A DNA stretch of 64,000 nucleotides, taken from assembly GCA_051531975.1 (NCBI GenBank), contig JAOPTT010000006.1:352656-416655 (forward strand), read 5' to 3'. Positions 1 to 12,656 of this stretch are shown here, one piece after another. The notes under the pieces are model-generated. The model saw only the letters and a list, made by a program, of their open reading frames with translations. It was not told where the DNA came from and ran no database searches. The position numbers and the translations under genes were made by a program. Every line of letters begins with the position of its first letter. Positions within the stretch are counted from its first letter, which is position 1. Source of the stretch: Spirochaetaceae bacterium. Its GTDB lineage: Bacteria > Spirochaetota > Spirochaetia > DSM-2461.

Positions 1-14
1 AAGGAACGAACATA

Positions 15-203
15 ATGGAAACAGGAACAGTAAAATGGTTTAACTCTACTAAAGGTTATGGTTTTATTACTCAGTCAAATGGAACTGATTTATTTGTACA
101 CACTAGTGGAATTAACGGTTATATTGATGAAGGTGATACTGTAGAATTTGAGATTGGTGAAGGTCAGAAAGGACCATGCGCAATCAATGTAAAAAAAGTT
201 TAA
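15..203 (+). CDS. cspA: Cold-shock protein (CspA family)
   Basis: 62 aa with GTVKWFN, RNP1 KGYGFI, RNP2 LFVH and C-terminal GQKGP; AAGGA upstream. Confidence 0.95.
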   Translation: METGTVKWFNSTKGYGFITQSNGTDLFVHTSGINGYIDEGDTVEFEIGEGQKGPCAINVKKV

Positions 204-237
204 TTTAGATTATACAGTTTTTTATATTTTACGTATT

Positions 238-266
238 AAGGAAGATCTTATGATCTTCCTTTTTTT
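238..266 (+). terminator. Intrinsic terminator after cspA
   Basis: AAGGAAGATC-ttat-GATCTTCCTT perfect 10-bp stem followed by a T-run. Confidence 0.85.
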
Positions 267-281
267 ATTTATAACCTTCCC

Positions 282-416
282 GACAAAAGGAGGGAAGGTA
301 CCATCCGACCACAGGAGGAAATGTCCCCTTATAGACAAAAGGAGGAAATGTTCCTTCTATAGACAAAAGGAGGAAATGTTCCTTCTATAGACAAAAGGAG
401 GAAATGTTCCTTCTAT
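282..416. repeat. Tandem repeat, 28-bp unit GACAAAAGGAGGAAATGTTCCTTCTATA, about 5 copies
   Basis: Identical units at 334-361, 362-389 and 390-416 (last one 1 nt short); degenerate units at 282-306 and 307-333; no spacers. Confidence 0.95.
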
Positions 417-706
417 TTACGTTTACTTTTTAATATGGCAATTTTATTAAAAGTTTCTCTTATATTCACATCATCAATTTTATTTCTATCTGTGAGATCT
501 TGAAGATCATCTATATATTTATCTTCTAAATTATACATATCGACTTCTAGTTGACCCGACTCTAAATGTTTTGTTAAACCATCTTGGTCATTTTGGTAAT
601 CCAATAATGAAAAGGCTAAATTATTACAAAGATACCATCTGACATCATTTGATTCTATTGAGTATTCTTCCATAAGTTGTTTTATATTCATGGTTGTATT
701 ATACAC
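413..706 (-). CDS. Hypothetical acidic protein (97 aa)
   Basis: ORF with plausible composition; no motif recognised; true start may be a downstream ATG. Confidence 0.7.
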   Translation of the reverse strand: MYNTTMNIKQLMEEYSIESNDVRWYLCNNLAFSLLDYQNDQDGLTKHLESGQLEVDMYNLEDKYIDDLQDLTDRNKIDDVNIRETFNKIAILKSKRK

Positions 707-760
707 ATATTTTTTTTAATTTCTATTGCTATAAACAATGCATCAGGTTAAAGTTTAATC

Positions 761-1321
761 ATGAATATTATTAACAATTATAAAGATTTATATACTAATA
801 AACAATCACTGCTTATATTTGATTTAGAGACAACTGGTTTAAGTCCTATAAACGATAGGATCATAGAAATTGGTGCAATAAGAGTTGAGAATAATAAAGT
901 TACTCAAAGTTTATCTATTTTAGTTAATCCCGGTATTCCAGTTCCTTATTATTCTACAAAAGTTAATGGTATAACTGATGATATGTTAGATGGTGCTATT
1001 ACTGATACTGAAGGTGTAGAAAAGTTTTTAGAGATGACAAAAAATTGTTATATTGTTGCTCATAATGTATCATTTGATGTTGGTTTTATTAATTCCTATC
1101 TTATTAGAATGGGGAAAAAAGAGCTAACTAATAAACTCGTAGATACTGTGAGACTCGCTAGAAAAGCATTTCCTGGAAGAAAAAAATATTCTCTTGGGAT
1201 AATTGCAAATGATCTAGGTATAAAAGTCTTAGATGCACATAGAGCTGAGGATGATACTAGGGTTTGTTACGAGTTATATAAAAAATCAATGGATCAACTT
1301 ATACATACGGAGAATAATTAA
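761..1321 (+). CDS. DEDDh 3'-5' exonuclease (DnaQ/PolC exonuclease-like)
   Basis: ExoI FDLETTG, ExoII AHNVSFD, ExoIII HRAEDD motifs. Confidence 0.9.
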   Translation: MNIINNYKDLYTNKQSLLIFDLETTGLSPINDRIIEIGAIRVENNKVTQSLSILVNPGIPVPYYSTKVNGITDDMLDGAITDTEGVEKFLEMTKNCYIVAHNVSFDVGFINSYLIRMGKKELTNKLVDTVRLARKAFPGRKKYSLGIIANDLGIKVLDAHRAEDDTRVCYELYKKSMDQLIHTENN

Positions 1322-1764
1322 TGGCAATAACAATATATACTGATGGTGGCTGTACTGGTAATCCTGGTCCTGGTGGCTGGGGAAGTGTAATCATAATTGA
1401 TGGTAAAGAAATAGAGCTTTCTGGTGGAGCTTCAGAAACTACAAATAATAAAATGGAGCTTACAGCTGTCATAAAAGCATTAGAATATATTGGTAAAGAG
1501 TTTTCATTTAAAGAAGAATTAAGTATCTATACTGATTCTCAGTATGTGAAAAATGGAATTACTAGCTGGATAATTAATTGGGAAAAAAATGGATGGAAAA
1601 CTGCAGCTAAAAAACCTGTTAAAAATAAAGAGTTTTGGATTGAACTCAGAACTTTAACTAAGCTTGCGAATATAAAATGGTTTTGGGTAAAAGGTCACTC
1701 AGGTGATAAGTATAATGAGCTATGTGATGAATTAGTTGCAATAGAAAGAGCAAAATATAATTAA
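1321..1764 (+). CDS. rnhA: Ribonuclease HI
   Basis: YTDGGCTGNPGPGGWG, TTNNKMEL, TDSQYV, WVKGHSG, NELCD motifs. Confidence 0.97.
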   Translation: MAITIYTDGGCTGNPGPGGWGSVIIIDGKEIELSGGASETTNNKMELTAVIKALEYIGKEFSFKEELSIYTDSQYVKNGITSWIINWEKNGWKTAAKKPVKNKEFWIELRTLTKLANIKWFWVKGHSGDKYNELCDELVAIERAKYN

Positions 1765-1814
1765 TTTATAAAATTAAAATAAATATACTATAATTATTAC
1801 GATGAGGTTAAAGA

Positions 1815-3152
1815 ATGGCAAATAAATATATTTCTTTAAAAGCACTAGATTCTCTGGATACAGAAGTTCTAAATATAATTGTTTCTGAACCCTGTAGGAT
1901 TCTCTGTAAAAATTTTGATACAGAGCAGCATGAAGCACAATCTCTTAATCTTATGCATAAAAAGAAACCTTTTTTTTGGAGAAATAAAGAATCAAAATGG
2001 AATTATTATATACTTGAATCAGATCTAGATAAATATCTAACAGGTCAGGATTTAGATGATGCTAAAGAAGCTTTTCAAGGCTTTAATGATGACTATTATG
2101 AAATGGTTAAAATGTCTGATGAGAAGCGTATAGAATCGTTACAAACAAATAAGTCTAAATTAAAAGAATTAGAACTTCTTAGAGAAAAAGATAATGAGGT
2201 TTTGGGTGAAGCATTAGTTCATGGAACAACTGATACACTGATGTTAAATAAAGCCATTTTTGATGATTTAATGCATTTAACCCCAGAAAAGGCAAAAATA
2301 AAATCTAAACTTGCTGTTGATGAAACTTCTGAAATCGTAAAAATTGCTTCAAATCTATTATCTGATTATGCTGGAGATTTTTCAATATTTTCTAAAATTA
2401 TTGAAGAATCAAATGGAAGTACTGTTAAACATATGACCAGAGTTTTTGTAATGACACTATCTTTTTTTAAATATTATAACAATATAATAAATTCTGGATA
2501 TGCTTCTAAAATAAGAGCTTCTTTTAAAGAAAAATATCGGCCCAAGTATGAAACTCTTTTACCTAATGTAAATTATAATTTAGTAACATTAGAGAAAGTT
2601 TTTAAAGGTGGAATGCGTGCTATACCTGAGTTAGAAACAAATGCCATTGGTGTAGGTTTTTTACTTCATGATATTGGTAAACAAGTTGACCTAGAATATT
2701 TTGAAGGTTCCGAAGGATATGTTAAGGAGAGGATTCAAGCTCATGTTTCAAATGGTTTTAATGAACTTTTAAAACGAACTGTTTATCCTCCAGTTGTTTC
2801 CGCTGTTGCAGGATTTCATCATGAATATTATGGTCATAAATCTGGATATGGGCCATTAAGAGATTTTATATCAAAAAGGTTTCCTAACGGTATCGAGCCT
2901 GAGCATTGTATCTCATATTCACTTCATGAAGTTTATAATGGTGAAGCCATGTGTTTTTTTCCAGCAAAAATGTTAGAACTTGTTGATGTCTACGATGCAC
3001 TAACAGATCCTGGAAGAAAATATCGTGATCCATGTAAACCACCTGAAGCTATTAAATTTATACGAGAACATTTTTTAAAAGATGAAATCAAACTAGATCC
3101 AATCTTATTTGATATTTTTGAACTTTATTTAAAAGATGCTGGTGAAGTATAA
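1815..3152 (+). CDS. HD-GYP-like metal-dependent phosphohydrolase
   Basis: LHDIGK, HHE, GYGP and VDVYDAL motifs in the C-terminal half. Confidence 0.8.
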   Translation: MANKYISLKALDSLDTEVLNIIVSEPCRILCKNFDTEQHEAQSLNLMHKKKPFFWRNKESKWNYYILESDLDKYLTGQDLDDAKEAFQGFNDDYYEMVKMSDEKRIESLQTNKSKLKELELLREKDNEVLGEALVHGTTDTLMLNKAIFDDLMHLTPEKAKIKSKLAVDETSEIVKIASNLLSDYAGDFSIFSKIIEESNGSTVKHMTRVFVMTLSFFKYYNNIINSGYASKIRASFKEKYRPKYETLLPNVNYNLVTLEKVFKGGMRAIPELETNAIGVGFLLHDIGKQVDLEYFEGSEGYVKERIQAHVSNGFNELLKRTVYPPVVSAVAGFHHEYYGHKSGYGPLRDFISKRFPNGIEPEHCISYSLHEVYNGEAMCFFPAKMLELVDVYDALTDPGRKYRDPCKPPEAIKFIREHFLKDEIKLDPILFDIFELYLKDAGEV

Positions 3153-3602
3153 TTGCGAATTTGGATTGATGCTGATTCTTGTCCCATAAAAATACGTGAC
3201 ATTATTTCTAAAGCTGCAATGAGATTAGGTGTAGAAGCCATATATGTTGCAAATAGAGAAATACCTGTAATGGAACATGATTTTATTAAAAAAGTTATAA
3301 CTCCTCAGATTGATCAAAGTGCTGACATATATATTGTTGATAATATAGATAAAAACGATATTGTTATTACAAGGGATATTCCATTAGCTAACGATCTAGT
3401 TGATAGTGGTTTAGTTGTTTTAAATGATCGTGGAGTAATTTACACCATTGAAAATATAAAAGAGAGATTGTCTGTCCGTGATTTTATGCAAGAAGCTAGA
3501 GAGCTTGGAATTGGGTTTGAGAAAACAACACGTTTTGGTCCAAAGGATATCCAAAACTTTGCAAATGCTTTTGATAAAGTTCTTAGAAATAAACTTAAAT
3601 AA
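3153..3602 (+). CDS. YaiI/YqxD family protein (DUF188)
   Basis: IWIDADSCP, ADxYIV, VITRDIPLA motifs; TTG start abutting the upstream stop. Confidence 0.88.
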   Translation: MRIWIDADSCPIKIRDIISKAAMRLGVEAIYVANREIPVMEHDFIKKVITPQIDQSADIYIVDNIDKNDIVITRDIPLANDLVDSGLVVLNDRGVIYTIENIKERLSVRDFMQEARELGIGFEKTTRFGPKDIQNFANAFDKVLRNKLK

Positions 3603-3690
3603 TTTTTTTCAACTTTTAACTGCTTCCGATAATATATATTCTGTCTACTTGGGATTTGCTCTAAATATGATAGAACGAGTTTAAAGCAAA

Positions 3691-5049
3691 TTATAACTCT
3701 TCTATTGCAGATAAAGCATGTTTTTTTACATTCTTATTTTTATCTGTATCATATAGAGCTTGTATTTGCTCTTTATGTTCTGAATAGTTATTAAGTCGAA
3801 TACCCTGTATTGCATATATTTTATAAATATAATTTTCATGATCTAACATTTTTTTATATAAATCAGTAGCATATTTATATTCACGTTTAGAAAGAAACTT
3901 TAATGTCGCATCTAAAATTGGCTTTCTTTTTTCTTTATTTTTTTCATTATAAAATTCTTCAATAGTTGGAAAAATCCAATCAACATTATGCTCAATCAAT
4001 TTATCTATAGCTATTACTTTTTCTATATCTTTATAGGATTTCTCTGTATATACTTCTTTTAAAAATTCACGACACTCATTACTATTAATATCGCCAATTG
4101 TAATAAAAGCTTGTTTCTTAATTTTTTGCTCAGGATCATTTAATGCTTTATATTTTAATATATGAAAAGCTTTTACTACTTTTCTTTCAGCTAATGATTT
4201 GCAAGCAGCAAATCTAATTTGCCAATTATTATCTTTAAGTGATGTTATTAATATATCATCCATTTCTGGACCAGCAAATTTACCTAATGCCTCTAATGCA
4301 CTTTTTCTCAGTAAGTAATTTTTTTGATCACCTAGACATCTTTTTAAAACTGGAATAGCTTCTGGGTCAGCTATTTCTCCTAAACTAAAACAGACTGCAT
4401 TCCTCACAGTTGTTTCTTCGTCTGTATCATCTGCTATTGGAATTAATTGTTCTAAAGCTTTAGAAGACTTTATTTTACCTAATGTTTTAATAACTTCTAA
4501 ATAAATATTATCATCAGTGCCATCATCGTCTAACATTTCTAAAAGCTTATCTTCTAATTTAATTAATTTATTTTCACCAATTAATTTAAGAGCTGCAACT
4601 AATATAGTACTACTCTCATTCTCTAAAATATCTGGAACACGTTTTATAGCTTCTTTTGATTTTATTTTACTTAAATATTTAATAGCTGTAGATGCATATA
4701 AATTGTCATATTCATCTTCATATTCGATTGCATCGTAAATTTTGATTGTATCAGATTCACCGTTTGGAATATCCATCAGTATGAAGTACTCTAATATTGA
4801 TACTTTTATAGACTCATCAAATGCATTTTCTAACACCTCTGTTAATTCATCATCATAACCTGATATTTCATCTTTAGTTAAAGTTGCAATTAATTCTTTA
4901 ACTTCAGAATCAATTCCATACTTTAGAGTATCACTTCTCTCATTATCAATAGATTTAATTTTTTCTTTATCATTAGTTTTATCATCAACGGTTGCTGAAA
5001 ATATATTCATTCCAATTAAACATAAAATTAAGAGAAGTAACTTTCTCAT
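3691..5049 (-). CDS. Exported HEAT-repeat protein
   Basis: Signal-peptide-like N-terminus; repeated units such as VRNAVCFSLGEI, LRKSALEALGKF, IRFAACKSLAE. Confidence 0.85.
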   Translation of the reverse strand: MRKLLLLILCLIGMNIFSATVDDKTNDKEKIKSIDNERSDTLKYGIDSEVKELIATLTKDEISGYDDELTEVLENAFDESIKVSILEYFILMDIPNGESDTIKIYDAIEYEDEYDNLYASTAIKYLSKIKSKEAIKRVPDILENESSTILVAALKLIGENKLIKLEDKLLEMLDDDGTDDNIYLEVIKTLGKIKSSKALEQLIPIADDTDEETTVRNAVCFSLGEIADPEAIPVLKRCLGDQKNYLLRKSALEALGKFAGPEMDDILITSLKDNNWQIRFAACKSLAERKVVKAFHILKYKALNDPEQKIKKQAFITIGDINSNECREFLKEVYTEKSYKDIEKVIAIDKLIEHNVDWIFPTIEEFYNEKNKEKRKPILDATLKFLSKREYKYATDLYKKMLDHENYIYKIYAIQGIRLNNYSEHKEQIQALYDTDKNKNVKKHALSAIEEL

Positions 5050-7260
<2,211 letters not shown>

Positions 7261-7264
<4 letters not shown>

Positions 7265-8526
7265 TTTTTAAACCTTATAGGTATAATAATAGCTGTAATA
7301 GCTAATACAAAAATATTTGGTATAGCAATGATTAATAGAGTGTATTCTATCGCTTTATAGGCATAAATTTTTGTACCCATTAATAGTGACCAGTAGACTA
7401 TAGTGATAAATAAACCAATACCAAATCCCATCATACGACCACTTCTTTTTGTGGTTAAACCTAGTGGGAATGCTAATAATAAAAAACTAAAACATGACAT
7501 TGGAATTAGTATTTTTTGATATAACGCAATTTGCCAACTTAATAATTCTCTTGTTTTTGATCTAGGATTTGTTTTTCTATTATAATCCTTAATTAACCTG
7601 TTTAATTTATTTAAATTATTCTGAGATATATTATTAGATATTTGTGTATAATATTCTTGTTTTATCTGGTGGTAAATTATAATTGCATCATTTTTATCAA
7701 TATTTTGCTTTGATAAAAGATCTGTTTTTATTCTATATATACCTTTAAGAATATCTATGCTACGCATTTCATCAGGTGTTATAGAATTATTTGTTGTTTG
7801 TAAGTCATCAAACAGTATATTGTATTTCATTGTATCACTTGTAAAAAATTCAAAATCATCTTTATTTGAATCATCAGCTGATAATGAGAAAACATTTTTA
7901 AGAGACAGTGTTAATAATCCTGTTTGCAACTCACCATCAAAAATATTTGCTTTTTCAGACATAATTATACGATTTAAACCATCTTCATTTCGATCTATAA
8001 TTACAATATCTTCAATTCCTGTATCAGGATTAACATCTCCATTTATAATGACTCGATCTTTATATATTTTTGTGGAAAATGGTTTTAATATTAAATCAGG
8101 ATTACGTTGTATTAATTCTCTTCGTAATTTTTTTGATTTTGAATTTCCAAGAGGTTGTAAATAGTCATTTATTACAAAAGATGTTAAAGATAAAAATATG
8201 CCAATAATTATAATAGGAATATATATTTGAAAATATGACATTCCTGAAGATAAACATGCTAGAATTTCATTATCAAATGAAAGCTTACCGATTGCCATTA
8301 AAGCTCCTACTAAAACACCAAATGGAAAAGAGAGAGCAATTACTATTGGAAGTGAATACCATACAATTTTTAAAACATCTATAAATGGCATTTCTTTTAG
8401 CATTTTAGCCATTATAAATAGAATTTGATTTACAAAAAACACAAAGAAAAAGAATAGGAAACTTATTAAAAATGAGAATAATATCTCTTTTATTAAATAT
8501 CTACTAATTATAGAGTTTTTAATCAT
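7261..8526 (-). CDS. lptF: LptF/LptG family permease
   Basis: RYLIKE N-terminus, DNEILACLSSG motif, C-terminal PLG..KRSG TM block. Confidence 0.85.
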
Positions 8527-9560
8527 TTTAAGTTATTAGTCTCCTGTATAATTAACCCTTTTTTTATATTACCTGTTATTAAATAATTTTCAAATGAAGC
8601 TGTTGAAGTTACATTGTTTGTTATTAATATAGATTCTATTGTTTCAAAATATATTTTGTTATTCACTTCGATATTAACTCCAAAACCTATAAATGAAACG
8701 ACTGAAATATTTTTATCTAAGAATATAAATGATACACCTTCTTTAGGGTAAAGTCTATCAATTGAGTTGTTTTCTATATGCCATTTTATTAATCCTTGAG
8801 TTGCTGTGCCAATCCATAATTGGTTATTTTTGAATGCTAATTTGACTATGTTTTTATTAAAAAGTTGTAGGGGATAAGAAATTCTAGATGTTATTTTTTT
8901 ATTGTTAATTTGGTATTCATATAAACCATTATCCATAGAACCAATATAGAGTAGATCATCTTTTATTAATAGTGATGAAATATAATTAATATTAGGTGGT
9001 AGAGCATTAAAAATATCGCGATTTATATTATATTCCCATAAACCATAACCTAAAGTAGATATGATGATTTTACTGTTTTTTATTACCATATCTGAAGTTC
9101 TTTCAATATCTGGTGGTAATTGTATAATTTTAATAAAATCATCAGATTTTCTTATTTTAATAACTCTATTTGTTTGTAAAACAAAAATATCTGTTTTAGT
9201 AGTAAGTATTTTTTTAATTGAAAAATCTATAATAGTATAATTATCTTCTAAAAAACTAGTTGTTTCCCCTGTGTACATATTGTAACGAAGAAGGGCTCCA
9301 CCTAACTTGCCTATCCATAAATCACTTTTATCTAATGTTATAGTTGAAATTGAACCTTGTGTAACATTTATTATATTATTATCAGTAATTAATTCTATAT
9401 TTTTATTATCAACTTTAGAATCTATTACAACTTCAATCTTATTGTTTATTGGAATCTCAATATAGTATGGGAGTATTGATGTATTATTATTTACAGTTGT
9501 ACATGATAATACAACTGATGTAAGAAGTAGATAACTAAATGCCCGTCGAACCAAATCCAC
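8523..9560 (-). CDS. Lipoprotein with beta-propeller-like repeats
   Basis: Lipobox-like VLSC; repeated LWIG/LYIGS..GL motifs typical of propeller blades. Confidence 0.7.
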   Translation of the reverse strand: MDLVRRAFSYLLLTSVVLSCTTVNNNTSILPYYIEIPINNKIEVVIDSKVDNKNIELITDNNIINVTQGSISTITLDKSDLWIGKLGGALLRYNMYTGETTSFLEDNYTIIDFSIKKILTTKTDIFVLQTNRVIKIRKSDDFIKIIQLPPDIERTSDMVIKNSKIIISTLGYGLWEYNINRDIFNALPPNINYISSLLIKDDLLYIGSMDNGLYEYQINNKKITSRISYPLQLFNKNIVKLAFKNNQLWIGTATQGLIKWHIENNSIDRLYPKEGVSFIFLDKNISVVSFIGFGVNIEVNNKIYFETIESILITNNVTSTASFENYLITGNIKKGLIIQETNNLK

Positions 9561-9963
9561 CTTGGCCTCTATCTGTAACTTTTAATTTTAATTCTTTAAC
9601 AAAATTTCCTCTAATGACTGGAGCAATAATTATCTGTGCAATTCTATCACCATCTTTAATAATAAAATCTTCATCATTTAGATTTATTAAAATAATTCTA
9701 ATCTCACCACGATAATCTGAATCAATTGTACCTGGACTATTTAATACTGTTATACCATATTTTGCAGCTAAACCTGATCGTGGTCTAACTTGTGCTTCAT
9801 ACCCATCAGGAATTTCTAAATATACACCTGTAGGAACAACTACGCGCTGTAATGGTTTTATAATTATATCTTTTTCAATCTCAGCCTTAATGTCAGCACC
9901 TGCAGCATGTTTGGTCTGATATGAAGGTGCATTATGTGTGTATTTAATATCAATCTCTTCCAT
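9535..9963 (-). CDS. dut: dUTP diphosphatase
   Basis: AGAD, RPRSG, GTIDSDYRGE, GDRIAQ, RGQGGFGSTG motifs. Confidence 0.97.
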   Translation of the reverse strand: MEEIDIKYTHNAPSYQTKHAAGADIKAEIEKDIIIKPLQRVVVPTGVYLEIPDGYEAQVRPRSGLAAKYGITVLNSPGTIDSDYRGEIRIILINLNDEDFIIKDGDRIAQIIIAPVIRGNFVKELKLKVTDRGQGGFGSTGI

Positions 9964-9978
9964 TTTTTATTCCTACCT

Positions 9979-10005
9979 AAAAAAAAGGCAGCTTTTCAGC
10001 TGCCT
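9979..10005 (-). terminator. Intrinsic terminator after pnp
   Basis: AGGCAGCT/AGCTGCCT 8-bp stem; A-run on + gives a U-tract on the - strand. Confidence 0.8.
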
Positions 10006-10012
10006 ATAATAT

Positions 10013-12151
10013 TTATCTTCTTGGTCTATCACCATTTGGTCTTGGTGGTCGACTTGGAGTTCTTTGCGGTTTCCAATCAGGATTATCAGCATCAACAATA
10101 CTTAAGTTTAATCGACCCATTCGGTCAACCTCAATAAGTCTTACTTTAACTTCTTGTCCTTCTTTTAATGCATCAGAAACTTTTTGTACTCTATCTTTTG
10201 CAATTTTAGAGATGTGACAAAGACCTTCTTTACCAGGCAATATTTCGATAAAAGCACCAAAATCTGTTAATCTTGTTACTTTACCAGTATAAATATTTCC
10301 TGCTTCAGGATCTTCAATCATTCCTCTAATATCAGCTTCACATGCTTCTGCTTGGGCAGATGTAGCAGCGAAGATTGATAATAATCCACTTTCTTCAATA
10401 TTTACTTTAGCAGTATACTTTTCAGAAAGACCTTTAATGTTTTTTCCACCAGGTCCAATTATCATACCAATTTTATCAGTTGGTACTTTGAAGCTTATAG
10501 TTTTTGGAACATTTTCAGGAATATTATCAGTTGGTTCTGATATTACAGTGTTCATTCTTTCTAATATATGTTTTCGACCGGCATTTGCTTGATTTAAAGC
10601 AACTGTCATAATCTCTTTACTTATTCCAGAAATTTTAATATCCATTTGGAAAGCTGTAATACCTTTTTCAGTACCTGCAACTTTAAAGTCCATATCACCC
10701 ATGTGATCTTCTTCACCTAGGATATCGGAAAGAACGACAAAGTCATCACCTTCTTTAATAAGACCCATTGCTATACCAGCTACTGGACTCTTAATTGGAA
10801 CTCCTGCAGCTAACATACATAATGAACCACTACATATTGTAGCTTGAGAAGATGAACCATTAGATTCTAAAATCTCAGATACAATTCTAATAGTATATGG
10901 ATAATCTGCTTTTGTAGGTAATACAGGATGTAATGCTCTAAAAGCTAAGTGACCGTGTCCAATTTCTCTTCTACCAGTCATTAGTCTTCCAACTTCACCT
11001 ACTGAATATGGAGGGAAGTTATAATGAAGCATGAATCTTTCTCTATTATCACCATCAATGTTATCTAATATTTGCTCATCTAATGCTGAACCAAGTGTTA
11101 CAACACCTAAAGATTGAGTTTCTCCTCTAGTAAATAGAGCAGAACCGTGAGCTTTAGCTAAAACACCAATTTCAGAAGTAATTGATCTAATTGTATCAGG
11201 CGCTCTTCCATCACATCTTAGTTTCTTATCAATTACTGATTTTCTTAGAATAGTTTTTTCAATGTTGTTAAAAAGCTTACTAAAAAGTGATTTTGTTTCA
11301 TCTGTAATATTATCAGCAAATTTCTCTGCAGCTGCAACTTTTACTTCTTTTAAAGCTGCTAATCGCTCAAACTTACCTTTTACAAAACAAGCTTCTTCGA
11401 TTAAAGGATATAGATGTTTTTCAATTTCATCTGCATTTTCTAACACTAAATCAGACTCGTAGAAACCTAATTTCTCTTTTCCACATGCATCTTGGAACTC
11501 TTGCATAAATACTAAGAATCCTTTTAAGAATTCTTCAGCTTTATCAATAGCTCCTAACATTTGGTCTTCAGAAACTTCGTCTCCACCACCTTCTACCATA
11601 CAGATACCGTCATTAGTTGAACCAACAACGATATCTAATACAGAATCAGCAATCTGTTGAAATGTAGGATTGATAACATATTCTTCACCAAGTAAAGCAA
11701 CTCTAACAGCAGCTACTGGACCATTAAAAGGGATATCAGAAATCATAACTGCTGCAAAAGCACCAATCATACCTAAAATATCTGGAGGATTAATTTTATC
11801 AGTTGATACTACCATTGGTACTACCTGAAGTTCTCTACTAAAAGCTTTATAAAATAGAGGTCTCATTGGTCTATCAATAAGTCTAGATACTAAGATCTCT
11901 TTATCTTTAGGTCTAGCTTCTCTTTTTAAGAATCCACCAGGTATTTTACCAGCAGCATAGTATCTTTCATTATACTCTACTGTTATAGGAACAAAGTCTA
12001 ATCCCAATTTTGGTTCTGAAGAACAACATGCTGTGGCTAATACTTCACTTCCACCCATACGAACGATAACTGCACCGTTCGCTTGTTTTGCCATTCTTCC
12101 AGTTTCAAGAATAAGCTCTTGCCCATTAATTTCAAATTTTGCTGTGTACAT
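10013..12151 (-). CDS. pnp: Polyribonucleotide nucleotidyltransferase
   Basis: GKIPGGFLKRE, RREIGHG, SNGSSS, DMDFKVAG, KH and S1 domains. Confidence 0.98.
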   Translation of the reverse strand: MYTAKFEINGQELILETGRMAKQANGAVIVRMGGSEVLATACCSSEPKLGLDFVPITVEYNERYYAAGKIPGGFLKREARPKDKEILVSRLIDRPMRPLFYKAFSRELQVVPMVVSTDKINPPDILGMIGAFAAVMISDIPFNGPVAAVRVALLGEEYVINPTFQQIADSVLDIVVGSTNDGICMVEGGGDEVSEDQMLGAIDKAEEFLKGFLVFMQEFQDACGKEKLGFYESDLVLENADEIEKHLYPLIEEACFVKGKFERLAALKEVKVAAAEKFADNITDETKSLFSKLFNNIEKTILRKSVIDKKLRCDGRAPDTIRSITSEIGVLAKAHGSALFTRGETQSLGVVTLGSALDEQILDNIDGDNRERFMLHYNFPPYSVGEVGRLMTGRREIGHGHLAFRALHPVLPTKADYPYTIRIVSEILESNGSSSQATICSGSLCMLAAGVPIKSPVAGIAMGLIKEGDDFVVLSDILGEEDHMGDMDFKVAGTEKGITAFQMDIKISGISKEIMTVALNQANAGRKHILERMNTVISEPTDNIPENVPKTISFKVPTDKIGMIIGPGGKNIKGLSEKYTAKVNIEESGLLSIFAATSAQAEACEADIRGMIEDPEAGNIYTGKVTRLTDFGAFIEILPGKEGLCHISKIAKDRVQKVSDALKEGQEVKVRLIEVDRMGRLNLSIVDADNPDWKPQRTPSRPPRPNGDRPRR

Positions 12152-12168
12152 TTTCAGTCCTTATATTT

Positions 12169-12435
12169 TTATCTTCTTAGACCTAGTTTCGCTATTAATT
12201 CTCTGTACGCTTCTAGGTTTGTTCTTTTTAAGTATTTTTGTAATCTTTTTCTTTGTCCAATCATTTTTAATAAACCAGTTCTTGAATGGTGGTCTTTTTT
12301 GTGATCTGCGAAGTGATTTTGTAAATCCTTAATTCTTGCTGTTAATAAAGCTATTTGAACCTCAGTTGATCCTGTGTTCTTAGCTTCTCCACCGTACTCA
12401 GCGATGATCTGTTGTTTTTGGTCTTTTGTAAGCAT
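12169..12435 (-). CDS. rpsO: 30S ribosomal protein S15
   Basis: [23 protein letters not shown]; directly upstream of pnp. Confidence 0.98.
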   Translation of the reverse strand: MLTKDQKQQIIAEYGGEAKNTGSTEVQIALLTARIKDLQNHFADHKKDHHSRTGLLKMIGQRKRLQKYLKRTNLEAYRELIAKLGLRR

Positions 12436-12463
12436 TTTATGCTCCCTTTAAAATTATATTCTG

Positions 12464-12529
12464 ACACTCTTTTATATAAACCGGATAGAGCAAAGTAACA
12501 CCTTCCAATAACCAGTAAGAAAAGAATGT
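12464..12529 (-). promoter_or_regulatory. Candidate structured 5' leader of rpsO
   Basis: ACAUUCUUUU pairs with AAAAGAGUGU; inner ACUGG/CCGGU helix; lies just upstream of the rpsO SD. Confidence 0.4.
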
Positions 12530-12656
12530 AATTTTTATATTAATCCACTCTATTTTAATTGTATTTAGTTAAAAGTCAATATGTCTGATTATAGATATGC
12601 AAAGGTATTAACAGAGTAACTATAATAGGATATATTATTTTGACAAAGGAGCTTAT

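Noticed and set aside
282..416. CRISPR array
   Set aside because: Units are contiguous with no unique spacers and no cas genes are present; it is a tandem repeat
3478..3684. 68-aa plus-strand ORF
   Set aside because: Out-of-frame overlap with the YaiI gene, no SD or motif
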